A stretch of DNA of 64,000 nucleotides from a virus (taxonomy: Duplodnaviria > Caudoviricetes), in IMG/VR virus record IMGVR_UViG_3300020576_002141, positions 1 to 64,000 of that record. One strand, 5' to 3'. A program made the position numbers and the translations under genes. The notes below the pieces were generated by a model. That model was not told the DNA's origin. It searched no databases and worked only from the letters and a program-made list of their open reading frames with translations. Shown here in pieces: positions 17,851 through 25,573 of the stretch (within the stretch, counting starts at the first letter, position 1; each line of letters starts with the position of its first letter).

Positions 17851-18254
17851 GGTATAAGTCCGGGAAACGCATCATTTATAATTTTCTTGTTAAGTCTTAG
17901 TAATAGTTTTCCAGAGAAACGCTGATGAAGAAGACTTGCTTCTCCTGTATCGATTGATTCCAGAATCTCAGTAAGAAGTTGGTCCTTCTTTTCTTTCTTT
18001 AAAGAATAGTTTTCCGTAAAGATATAGAACTTTCTGTATACGTTATACAGCGTTTGGTAACTATATCCTACGGGGGCTGGGTCTTTCTTGTATTCTGGCG
18101 GGGTCGATGTATAAAGTTTTACATCAGGGTGAAACAGAAACTTCAATACTTCTCGCAAGGCAGGACTGTCGTTTTCTTTTAGAATCTTTACTTTGTGTCT
18201 TGCTTCCTTGGCGTTCGATGCTTCATTAATAACTTCCGAAATAAGCTTAGTCAT
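17847..18254 (-). CDS. Conserved T4-like hypothetical protein
   Basis: LISEV...KILKENDSPALREVLKFLFHP resembles the ORF commonly found downstream of rnh in T4-like phages. Confidence 0.75.
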   Translation of the reverse strand: MTKLISEVINEASNAKEARHKVKILKENDSPALREVLKFLFHPDVKLYTSTPPEYKKDPAPVGYSYQTLYNVYRKFYIFTENYSLKKEKKDQLLTEILESIDTGEASLLHQRFSGKLLLRLNKKIINDAFPGLIP

Positions 18255-19109
18255 TTAATACTCTCCAATATGCTCCATCAAATACTTCATTCCATATTTG
18301 ATAAAATAGTCAATCATTCTACTTCTGTCCTTCGATTCAGAAGATTCATACATATTTATAATTTTCTCTTGTATGTCTTGCGGAATACACTCAAAATCAA
18401 TCAAAGTCCTATTCCGAGCATAATTTTCTGGATTTTCAAGGTTTCTTGTCCAATCCGAGTCGTTTAAGAATGACTGGTAGAGCATGTCTACCTTCTTGGA
18501 GCTAAGAGATCTTTGACGCTTTCCTTCTACTTCAAAGGTATCGTCATCTGATAATATGTTAGGAATACCATCGGATGTATCACCGCGCAGCACATGCTCA
18601 AAGAGGTACTTTGCTGGATCATCGCTGGATATCTGCTTCTTTAGAATAGGACTATATTGATGTACATTTCTGTATTTCTGAAGCTGTACGAAATCTGTAT
18701 CAGAGCTTATAATCTGTATTGCTTCGCCACCTGCGTAGTTTTTACAAATAACAGCTATCAAATCATCAGCTTCGCAATTTTCTAAGTGAAGTACCTTATA
18801 TGGCATAAACTCTTTCATTTCCTCTCTTACTTTAGAAAGGAAATCAAACAGCTTCTTCCAATCAAAATCCGATGTTTCTCGATTCTTTTTACGGTTGGAC
18901 TTATAGTACTTATAGACACTCTTTCTCCAAGAGTTATGTCCATCGTAGCACAAAACAATCTCCCCATAGGTTTTTGATTGCTTTTGCTTTATTGTTCTTA
19001 ACGTATTCAAAATAATATGTCTAATCAGATTTTCATCATAGACTGGGCTGCCTTTTGATTCGGCCATGATCCCGGCTATGGTTATCTGATTCATGTCAAC
19101 AAGTATCAT
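18255..19109 (-). CDS. rnh: RNase H / 5'-3' exonuclease (T4 rnh, FEN-like)
   Basis: MILVDMNQI, LCYDG, CEADDLIA, ISSDTDFVQL, LRGDTSDGIPNILS. Likely start is MILVD at about 19109, overlapping the upstream stop. Confidence 0.94.
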   Translation of the reverse strand: MILVDMNQITIAGIMAESKGSPVYDENLIRHIILNTLRTIKQKQSKTYGEIVLCYDGHNSWRKSVYKYYKSNRKKNRETSDFDWKKLFDFLSKVREEMKEFMPYKVLHLENCEADDLIAVICKNYAGGEAIQIISSDTDFVQLQKYRNVHQYSPILKKQISSDDPAKYLFEHVLRGDTSDGIPNILSDDDTFEVEGKRQRSLSSKKVDMLYQSFLNDSDWTRNLENPENYARNRTLIDFECIPQDIQEKIINMYESSESKDRSRMIDYFIKYGMKYLMEHIGEY

Positions 19110-20302
19110 CAATATACTCCAAGAATGATCGTATCTTCGTTTATTCTTCCAGAACATTCATAGGAAGATGTTTTTATAGAGTCCAGAGAACTTTTAACAG
19201 CTCTGATACCCTTGTCTTTGATCTCTTTCATAAACTCTGCGGGTTTTCTTATTTTCTTTGTGTAGGATTTAGAGATAGATGAATCAAAGTCGATAATAGT
19301 GCTTCCCTTGATGGATAGCCCGTGCGAGCTGTTGGCTTCTATAATAGTAGCCTTTGCTGACTGGGTGTTATACAAAAGTACTTTTTCTGCTCCTATTATC
19401 TTAGTAGGAGAAAGAGACTTAATCCCAAGAGTCTTATCTTCTTGTTGATACTTGACTTTCTTGCACATATCGACAGGAGACTTCTTTCTCTTCTTACGTA
19501 TGGTTATAGTCTTATTGGCTTCACCATACTGCTTACATGAAAGAATAATCTCATTGAGAAAATCTTTGTACTCCTTGATTCCTGCTTTAGAATAGCAGGA
19601 ATAGGCATTTTCTTTCATGTCTTCCTCGAACAAAGATAAAACACCAGTAAACCAAGATGCGATTTTGTCACATTGGTTTGGCTTTACGTTCTTTGTATGT
19701 AAGATATCTTTTACAGTTATAGTTTTTTCTTGCTTCTTTTGAACCTTTTTGCTAGCTATCTCTTCTTTCTTTTGTTCAAATATAGCTATACTGGATATAC
19801 CAGAACTGACTGTTTCTAGCTTGGTGTCAGCCATTTTCTCTAGATCACCTATGACTCCATATATTTTCTCGTTCGTTCTTTCTCTTATGGAGATAACAGG
19901 TTCGGTAGTTTCTACTGCTTCCTTTGGTTTACTCTTTTCTTTGTTTATTAAATGAGTTAAGCACTTATTCAAAGAATCTATATCTTCTTTTCTAACAGGT
20001 GCTCCCAGTGAAAGCATTCGGCACATCATGCCTACATTAAATCCATACAAACCAGGAATATCCCCATATTTAATGGAGATATCCATATTTTGAATAGATT
20101 GAATATCTTCCTTTGAAAACTTATTGGACTTCATGTATTCTATAGTCCACTTTTTACATTCAGAATCACTGGACATATAGTTATACCAAGAGAATGCTCT
20201 TGCTAAAGCACAATCTCTATCTACATCGGTTTCGAATTTTTCAGTCCAAGTGGGTTCGGTGCCATAATGGACTACTTCAGTATTTATTGCTTTTTTAGCC
20301 AT
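19109..20302 (-). CDS. Conserved hypothetical early protein of T4-like environmental phages
   Basis: 397-aa ORF behind a sigma70 promoter; N-terminal GTEP-W...AFSWYNY and C-terminal KKIRKP...GRINEDTIIL. Confidence 0.8.
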   Translation of the reverse strand: MAKKAINTEVVHYGTEPTWTEKFETDVDRDCALARAFSWYNYMSSDSECKKWTIEYMKSNKFSKEDIQSIQNMDISIKYGDIPGLYGFNVGMMCRMLSLGAPVRKEDIDSLNKCLTHLINKEKSKPKEAVETTEPVISIRERTNEKIYGVIGDLEKMADTKLETVSSGISSIAIFEQKKEEIASKKVQKKQEKTITVKDILHTKNVKPNQCDKIASWFTGVLSLFEEDMKENAYSCYSKAGIKEYKDFLNEIILSCKQYGEANKTITIRKKRKKSPVDMCKKVKYQQEDKTLGIKSLSPTKIIGAEKVLLYNTQSAKATIIEANSSHGLSIKGSTIIDFDSSISKSYTKKIRKPAEFMKEIKDKGIRAVKSSLDSIKTSSYECSGRINEDTIILGVY

Positions 20303-20335
20303 ATTTCTCGATCTTTACTAAAACTATACATATAT

Positions 20336-20363
20336 AGTATATGTTCAAATAATGTAAAGTCAA
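20336..20363 (-). promoter_or_regulatory. Sigma70-type promoter (leftward)
   Basis: Minus strand TTGACT-N16-TATACT. Confidence 0.65.
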
Positions 20364-20386
20364 GTGAAAAAGAACTATAGTTTCAG

Positions 20387-20414
20387 TTGACTTAAGATTT
20401 CTGTTGACTATACT
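20387..20414 (+). promoter_or_regulatory. Sigma70-type promoter for the tRNA cluster
   Basis: TTGACT-N16-TATACT. Confidence 0.65.
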
Positions 20415-20452
20415 ACTATGTTCGTGTTTGATAAATCGAACACAGAATGCTT

Positions 20453-20521
20453 TGCGAGAAGTCTTGGTAGACAAGTGGCCTCATAAGCCACCCAAAGAAG
20501 GTTCAACTCCTTCTCTCGCTA
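20453..20521 (+). tRNA. tRNA with CAT anticodon (Met or Ile2), short D arm, T1:T72 mismatch
   Basis: Acceptor (T)GCGAGA/TCTCGC(T); anticodon stem GTGGC/GCCAC with loop CTCATAA; T arm GAAGG-TTCAACT-CCTTC. Confidence 0.75.
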
Positions 20522-20532
20522 TTCGATATTTA

Positions 20533-20603
20533 CATGGTATAGCATAAACAATGCATGTTCTCTTATGAAGAATACGATGTGGGTGTAACTCCCGACTACC
20601 ACC
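20533..20603 (+). pseudogene. Degenerate tRNA-like element with TAT (Ile) anticodon
   Basis: D stem GCAT/ATGC; anticodon stem GTTCT/AGAAT with loop CTTATGA; T loop TGTAACT; only a 5-bp acceptor. Confidence 0.45.
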
Positions 20604-20627
20604 GGACTCAGTCCGGTATAAGTATCT

Positions 20628-20660
20628 GAGTTTATAGTCAGGCCAACGCCGTATAAACTT
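20628..20660 (+). ncRNA. Hairpin RNA motif, copy 1 (core GTCAGGCCAACGCCG)
   Basis: Outer stem AGTTTATA/TATAAACT encloses GTCA-GGC-CAAC-GCC-G; 21 nt identical to copy 2. Confidence 0.55.
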
Positions 20661-20675
20661 ATTATAAAATACTAT

Positions 20676-20746
20676 GCGCTCATCGTCTAAGGGCAAGGCA
20701 TACCCCACGGAGGGGTAAAATATAGGTTCGAATCCTGTTGGGCGTA
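20676..20746 (+). tRNA. tRNA with atypical anticodon loop CACGGAG (nominal CGG, Pro; A33)
   Basis: Acceptor GCGCTCA/TGGGCGT; D stem GTC/GGC; anticodon stem TACCC/GGGTA; T arm ATAGG-TTCGAAT-CCTGT. Confidence 0.65.
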
Positions 20747-20762
20747 GCAACAATAGTATAAA

Positions 20763-20795
20763 GAAGTTATAGTCAGGCCAACGCCGTGTAGCTTC
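20763..20795 (+). ncRNA. Hairpin RNA motif, copy 2
   Basis: Outer stem GAAGTTATA/TGTAGCTTC has a different sequence but keeps its pairing around the same 15-nt core. Confidence 0.55.
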
Positions 20796-20801
20796 ATTAT
20801 T

Positions 20802-20833
20802 GCCCCCATAGTTTAGTTGGCTAGAACATCCGT
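20802..20833 (+). pseudogene. 5' half of a tRNA (acceptor 5' strand, D arm, anticodon-stem 5' strand); no 3' half found
   Basis: GCCCCCA-TA-GTTT-AGTTGGCTA-GAAC-A-TCCGT parallels the 5' half of the downstream tRNA-Asp. Confidence 0.65.
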
Positions 20834-20849
20834 AAAACTGAACAACGTA

Positions 20850-20900
20850 TTTATACCCTAAATAGTATATATCGAGTTCGATTATTTAGGAGCGTATAAA
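20850..20900 (+). promoter_or_regulatory. RBS-sequestering hairpin with a late promoter core (CTAAATA) in its 5' arm
   Basis: CCTAAATAGT (20857-66) pairs with ATTATTTAGG (20881-90); TTTATAC pairs with GTATAAA. AGGAG lies at 20888-92. Confidence 0.65.
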
Positions 20901-20901
20901 G

Positions 20902-21585
20902 ATGAAGTATCAGGAAATGATTGAAGCCAAAAAGCTTCGAAAAGAAGAAGGTATGTCTATCACCGAAATAGCAAAAAGACTCAATGTTGCTAAAAGCAGC
21001 GTTAGTCTTTGGGTGCGAGATGTTCCTTTAACACCAAAACAGCAACGAGCCTTATTAGATAAAAATCCCATTCACAATAGACAATTAAATGGATCAAGAG
21101 TCAGAAAAGAAAATGCGAAAAAATGCAGAGTTACGTATCAGGAGGAGGGTAAAGAAAAGGCTAAAGAAAAATCTTGGTTACATATGACGGGCTGTATGCT
21201 TTATTGGGCGGAAGGTTCAAAGGGGCGAAATGGTGTAGGATTTTGCAATACCGATGTACAAATGATGAAGCTTTTTATGAGATTTCTTCGAGAAGAAATG
21301 AAGATAAATGAAGATAAATTTTGTTTTAGTATTAATATGTACGAAAACAATGGAATAACAGTCGAAAATGTCGAAAATTTCTGGTTAGATCAACTATCTC
21401 TTGATAAAAAATGCTTACGAAAATCTAGAGTTAATAAGTTACCGAAATCCAGCAAAGGATATAAAAAGAATAAGCATATTTATGGAGTTGGAAACATAAC
21501 AGTTAATGATACACACTTAGTTCAACATATTTATGGTGCTATACAAGAGTATGGTGGTTTCATAAATGAAATTTGGATAAAATAA
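20902..21585 (+). mobile_element. N-terminal HTH plus LAGLIDADG-like (LYWAEG) putative homing endonuclease
   Basis: HTH GMSITEIAKRLNVAKSSVSLW; GCMLYWAEGSK...FCNTD...LFMRFL resembles a single LAGLIDADG helix; located among tRNAs. Confidence 0.65.
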
Positions 21586-21590
21586 TTTTC

Positions 21591-21665
21591 GGGGCAGAAT
21601 ACAAAGCGGATCGAGTAACATGACTTTCAATCATGTCATAATGGGTTCAAGTCCCATCTGCCTCA
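21591..21665 (+). tRNA. tRNA-Glu(TTC)
   Basis: Acceptor GGGGCAG/CTGCCTC; anticodon stem CATGA/TCATG with loop CTTTCAA; T arm ATGGG-TTCAAGT-CCCAT. Confidence 0.88.
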
Positions 21666-21693
21666 TTTACAGTTTGAATAGGGAAAAAATATT

Positions 21694-21882
21694 ATGAAAA
21701 ATACTTCTTATCGTACCCGTGTTAGTATCCGTAGCAGTCAAACTCCGAGATTCTCGGGTGAGCTTATTCGTATGGAATATGATCACCGCTTTGGTGAGCA
21801 ATATTTAATCAAAACGTATCATCCAGATTGGGGCGAGGAATATTTCTGGATGAGAGAGAACGAAGTTAGATTTCAACGCTAA
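21694..21882 (+). CDS. Small hypothetical protein, 62 aa
   Basis: ORF fills the gap between two tRNAs; purine-rich leader. Confidence 0.6.
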   Translation: MKNTSYRTRVSIRSSQTPRFSGELIRMEYDHRFGEQYLIKTYHPDWGEEYFWMRENEVRFQR

Positions 21883-21888
21883 CTTATT

Positions 21889-21960
21889 GGCTTCATAGTT
21901 TAAATGGTAAAACATCTGTCTGTCTAACAGAAATCAGGAGTTCAATTCTCCTTGGAGCCG
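21889..21960 (+). tRNA. tRNA-Asp(GTC)
   Basis: Acceptor GGCTTCA/TGGAGCC, G73; anticodon stem TCTGT/ACAGA with loop CTGTCTA; T arm AGGAG-TTCAATT-CTCCT. Confidence 0.92.
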
Positions 21961-21975
21961 TTTGAGGAAAATATT

Positions 21976-22365
21976 ATGACGAACTATATTACAAAAGATT
22001 TGAGTCCAAGAATAAGAAGATGTAATCTAGAACACGAAGAGAAATGGGCCGAATGGCTCAACAAGATACCATCCTTTTCTTTCTCGAATAAAGTATTCGT
22101 TACTATTATACCACCCTTTGGTGGTGCTCTTGCTCGCTTCCGAGTTACATTAAAATCAGACCAGAGCGTATCTGTATCTGTTTATTTGGATGTAAATGAA
22201 TCTCTTGGATATTACGATGGAAAGCCATATTGGGAGATTTACCCAGACATCACCAATGATGCTCAAAGATTTGATTTCAAAGACACAGATGGAGTAATAA
22301 AATCTGTGATGAAATCTCTAAATAAGCAACATAGGGAAAACACAAAAGGAAAGTGTTCGCCGTAA
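21976..22365 (+). CDS. Hypothetical protein
   Basis: ATG at 21976 after GAGGA. The track's TTG start lies inside tRNA-Asp and is not used. Confidence 0.7.
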   Translation: MTNYITKDLSPRIRRCNLEHEEKWAEWLNKIPSFSFSNKVFVTIIPPFGGALARFRVTLKSDQSVSVSVYLDVNESLGYYDGKPYWEIYPDITNDAQRFDFKDTDGVIKSVMKSLNKQHRENTKGKCSP

Positions 22366-22371
22366 ATCAAT

Positions 22372-22401
22372 GAGCATGGGCGTAAATCCCATGCTTGTTT
22401 T
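22372..22401 (+). terminator. Hairpin, possible terminator or processing site
   Basis: GAGCATGGG-CGTAAAT-CCCATGCTT followed by GTTTT. Confidence 0.5.
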
Positions 22402-22932
22402 ATGAATATATTTGTGCTAGATAAAGATATACACAAATCTATAATGTCTTATAATGATAAACACATTGTCAAAATGCAGCTAGAATCCGCTCAGATGTTA
22501 TGCACCGCTGTTGTGCTGTCTGGCGATGTTGCTCCATATAAACCAACTCACAAAAATCATCCTTGCTCTATTTGGGCAAGAGAATCTTTGTCAAATTGGC
22601 TTTACTTGAGAGAAATGGCGTATATAATGGAAGACGAATGGCGCTATCGATATGATAAGCCAAAGTCTCATACCCACAAAGCCGTAGATGCTATTAGGAC
22701 ACTTATAATACCAAACATAGAAGACAAAGGATTAACTCCTTTTGCTATGGCCATGTCCGATAAGTATAAATCCGAAGATCCAATTATGTCTTATAGAGCT
22801 TACTATACTCTAGAAAAGCAGACATATTATCGGAAAGGCAAGGTAATAGATCATACTTGGACGAGAAGAGAACGACCAGAGTGGATGGACTTTAATATAT
22901 ACTTAAAAGGATCTAATAATGCCAATGTATGA
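22402..22932 (+). CDS. Pyrimidine-dimer DNA glycosylase / endonuclease V family protein
   Basis: MNIFVLD, DKHIVKMQLESAQMLCTA, YKPTHKNHPCSIWARES. Confidence 0.85.
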   Translation: MNIFVLDKDIHKSIMSYNDKHIVKMQLESAQMLCTAVVLSGDVAPYKPTHKNHPCSIWARESLSNWLYLREMAYIMEDEWRYRYDKPKSHTHKAVDAIRTLIIPNIEDKGLTPFAMAMSDKYKSEDPIMSYRAYYTLEKQTYYRKGKVIDHTWTRRERPEWMDFNIYLKGSNNANV

Positions 22933-23182
22933 CTATTTGTGTAAAGAATGCGGACATAAATTTGAGCAGATGGAAAAAATCGATAATCGTAAGGATCCAG
23001 AAAAATCTCCATGCCCATCTTGCGGTAAAAATGGAATAGAATTCCAAATCGGTGCTCCTGCTATAGGAGATTCTGTTAGAATGGGACTTACTAAACCAGA
23101 TGGTGGATTCAGAGAAGTAATGGCTAAAGTTAAACAAAAGCACAAAGTAAATCAACTTAAAGATAGAAGATGGGGAAACTAA
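22919..23182 (+). CDS. FmdB-family zinc-ribbon protein
   Basis: MPMYDYLCKECGHKFE...CPSCG, GGFREVM. Confidence 0.85.
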   Translation: MPMYDYLCKECGHKFEQMEKIDNRKDPEKSPCPSCGKNGIEFQIGAPAIGDSVRMGLTKPDGGFREVMAKVKQKHKVNQLKDRRWGN

Positions 23183-23899
23183 ATGAAATATGCTATAGGT
23201 GATATTCACGGTAATATAACAAAGTTAAAGATGCTTATATCTTCAATAGAAGGCAGAGGAGATATTACCAAATTGATATTTCTAGGAGATTACATTGATA
23301 GAGGAGATTATTCAGCAGAAACTATTTCGTTCCTCATTGAACTTTCTAAGAAATACGATTGTACATTCCTCAGAGGAAACCATGATGATGTGTTTTGCTT
23401 CCTTCTTGATATTCCATGGTTTACTGAAATAGAGTATTTTGTGTCGAGAAAGAACCTATCTAAAACATTCTTGTATACTTGGTTCGCTCAGCATGGAATA
23501 AATGATACTCTTGAATCTTATAAGGTATTCGATAAGTATAGTATCGAACAAGTAACTGCTAATCCAAGCTTAATCAAAGAATGTATTCCAGCAGATCATA
23601 TAGAGTTCTTCAAGAATACTGTTGTTCAATACGAAGACGATGATGTATATTGTTTCCATGCATTTCCTGGATCAGATTCTCACTTGAAAATGTGGGGTCG
23701 ATTTGAGAACCTAGAGATAGCAAAAGGACTAAAGTGTTCAAAACCACTATGCGTCGGGCATACTCCGGTTCAAGTTTATGGAGAACATGAACCTCTTATT
23801 ATGAATAATGTTGTACTTCTAGATGGCTTATCATGGAAGCCAGAAGGATTCATAGCAGCTTATTGTGTGACTGATAAATCTTTGACATACGTAACATGA
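23183..23899 (+). CDS. Metallophosphoesterase (lambda NinI-like Ser/Thr phosphatase)
   Basis: AIGDIHG, FLGDYIDRG, LRGNHD, GHTP. Confidence 0.9.
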   Translation: MKYAIGDIHGNITKLKMLISSIEGRGDITKLIFLGDYIDRGDYSAETISFLIELSKKYDCTFLRGNHDDVFCFLLDIPWFTEIEYFVSRKNLSKTFLYTWFAQHGINDTLESYKVFDKYSIEQVTANPSLIKECIPADHIEFFKNTVVQYEDDDVYCFHAFPGSDSHLKMWGRFENLEIAKGLKCSKPLCVGHTPVQVYGEHEPLIMNNVVLLDGLSWKPEGFIAAYCVTDKSLTYVT

Positions 23900-24570
23900 A
23901 TATTATAGACCTCGATAAAATAGAGATTCCTGGAGCTGGTAGATTTTACCGATCTCCGACTACAAAATTATGGTATCCTTCTATTACCACAGTTACTGGG
24001 CACGCTAAAGCCCAGTTCTTCAATGAATGGAGAAAAAAACCCGGCAATGATAAGGTTCTTTCTCAGGCTGCCAAAACTGGAACAGCAGTCCATAGTATTA
24101 TAGAAAAATACTTAAATAAAGACGAAAGCTTTGATTCTAAGAAGTTTACTTTAATGGATAAGTTACTATTTCATCAGATAAAACCAGAAATAGATAAGAT
24201 AACTGATATTGTACTTCAAGAAAAAAGTCTATTCTCTGATTTAGCAAAGGTAGCCGGACGAGTAGACTGTATAGGTATGTACGATGGAAAGTTATCGGTA
24301 ATCGACTTCAAGACATCCAGAAAGCAGAAGAAAGCAGAATGGATTTCTAACTACTTTCAGCAAGCTACTGGTTACGCAATAATGTATGAAGAAATGACAG
24401 GTCAGAAAATAGATGATATAGTTATTCTTATGACCTGCGATGATGGTGAAATACAAGTATTTAAAGAAAAATCAAAGGATCACGTAGAACCTTTGTTTCA
24501 AACCATAAAATCATATTGGTCATCTAGAAGTTTCAGAAAATTACAGGAGTCGATCAATGAGGGAAACTAA
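23896..24570 (+). CDS. PD-(D/E)XK exonuclease
   Basis: YPSITTV, GTAVH, AGRVDCIG, VIDFKTS, YFQQATGYA. Confidence 0.9.
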   Translation: MNIIDLDKIEIPGAGRFYRSPTTKLWYPSITTVTGHAKAQFFNEWRKKPGNDKVLSQAAKTGTAVHSIIEKYLNKDESFDSKKFTLMDKLLFHQIKPEIDKITDIVLQEKSLFSDLAKVAGRVDCIGMYDGKLSVIDFKTSRKQKKAEWISNYFQQATGYAIMYEEMTGQKIDDIVILMTCDDGEIQVFKEKSKDHVEPLFQTIKSYWSSRSFRKLQESINEGN

Positions 24571-25564
24571 GTTAGATTTTTGTGACGTATTGATGGTTCC
24601 CCAGCAGTCTGACTTGGACTCTAGATCTAAAGTAACTTTGGAGCGCACATTTACATTCAAAAATGGGCATAGCTTTACTGCTTTACCTATAGTTGCTTCT
24701 AATATGGATACAGTAGGCACCGTTAGTATGGCAAAAGCCTTTAGACCATTTAAGGCCCTTGTGGCTTTACATAAGCACTATAAAGATTACGTTTATGTAG
24801 AATCTATATTTGGCGAACAAATCAATAACGTTTTCTTTACTGTGGGTGTTCAGGATACCGAAAGAGATAGGGTAAAGAAGTGTGTTAGACTACCCGGTTC
24901 TCATCCTTTGTTAATGATAGATGCTGCGAATGGATATATTCCAGCTATGAGGGAGAGTATTAGATATTATAAGGATATCTATCCATGGATGGTTATTTGC
25001 GCCGGCAACGTAGCATCGCCGGAAGGCGTGGAGTTATTAGCCGATGCTGGAGCTGATATTATTAAAATAGGTATTGGTTCTGGTAAGTTATGTAACACCA
25101 GACTAAAAACTGGAATAGGATACCCTCAGTTTTCTTTGATTCAAGATTGTAGACTAGCAGCTAACGAAAAGAAAGTATACTTGATGTCTGATGGAGGCAT
25201 TGAGAATCCCGGGGATATAGCCAAAGCCTTTGGTATCGGTGCTGATTTTGTTATGCTAGGAAGTATGCTGGCTGGGCACGAAGAATGTGAAGTCGCGTTT
25301 CACAAAGAAGAAGATGAAGAATACATGACATGTTATGGTATGAGTTCTTCTACAGCAATGGGCAAATATCACGGTGGAGTCGCATCTCATAGGACATGCG
25401 AAGGTCGAACGTTATCTATAAAGAAAAAAGGACTAGTTGCGAATACCATCAAAGATATATGTGGGGGATTGCGCTCTGCTGGTACATACTTAAACGCAAG
25501 CAACTTAGAAGAGTTTTCAAAGAAAGCTTGGTTTATTCAAGTAAATAGACAAGTTAATCATTAA
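24557..25564 (+). CDS. guaC: GMP reductase (IMPDH/GMPR family)
   Basis: LDFCDVLMVP, SNMDTVGT, IDAANGY, KIGIGSGKLCNTR, SDGG, VMLGSMLAGHEE, YGMSS. Confidence 0.9.
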   Translation: MRETKLDFCDVLMVPQQSDLDSRSKVTLERTFTFKNGHSFTALPIVASNMDTVGTVSMAKAFRPFKALVALHKHYKDYVYVESIFGEQINNVFFTVGVQDTERDRVKKCVRLPGSHPLLMIDAANGYIPAMRESIRYYKDIYPWMVICAGNVASPEGVELLADAGADIIKIGIGSGKLCNTRLKTGIGYPQFSLIQDCRLAANEKKVYLMSDGGIENPGDIAKAFGIGADFVMLGSMLAGHEECEVAFHKEEDEEYMTCYGMSSSTAMGKYHGGVASHRTCEGRTLSIKKKGLVANTIKDICGGLRSAGTYLNASNLEEFSKKAWFIQVNRQVNH

Positions 25565-25573
25565 GGAAATATT

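Noticed and set aside
20481-20753. 90-aa minus-strand ORF over the tRNA cluster
   Set aside because: It is the antisense shadow of tRNA sequences (PTGFEP is the reverse T arm).
20628-20795. Mini-CRISPR array from the 21-nt direct repeat
   Set aside because: Only two copies, the intervening 114 nt contains a tRNA, and there are no cas genes; the flanks form covarying stems instead.
20802-21600. Group I intron splitting a tRNA around the LYWAEG ORF
   Set aside because: There is no room for a P3-P9 core (the ORF stop is 5 nt from tRNA-Glu), and I found no 3' tRNA half with T arm and TGGGGGC.
23896-24570. Cas4 as part of a CRISPR system
   Set aside because: No Fe-S cysteine cluster or cas context; it resembles the usual T4-like PD-(D/E)XK exonuclease.
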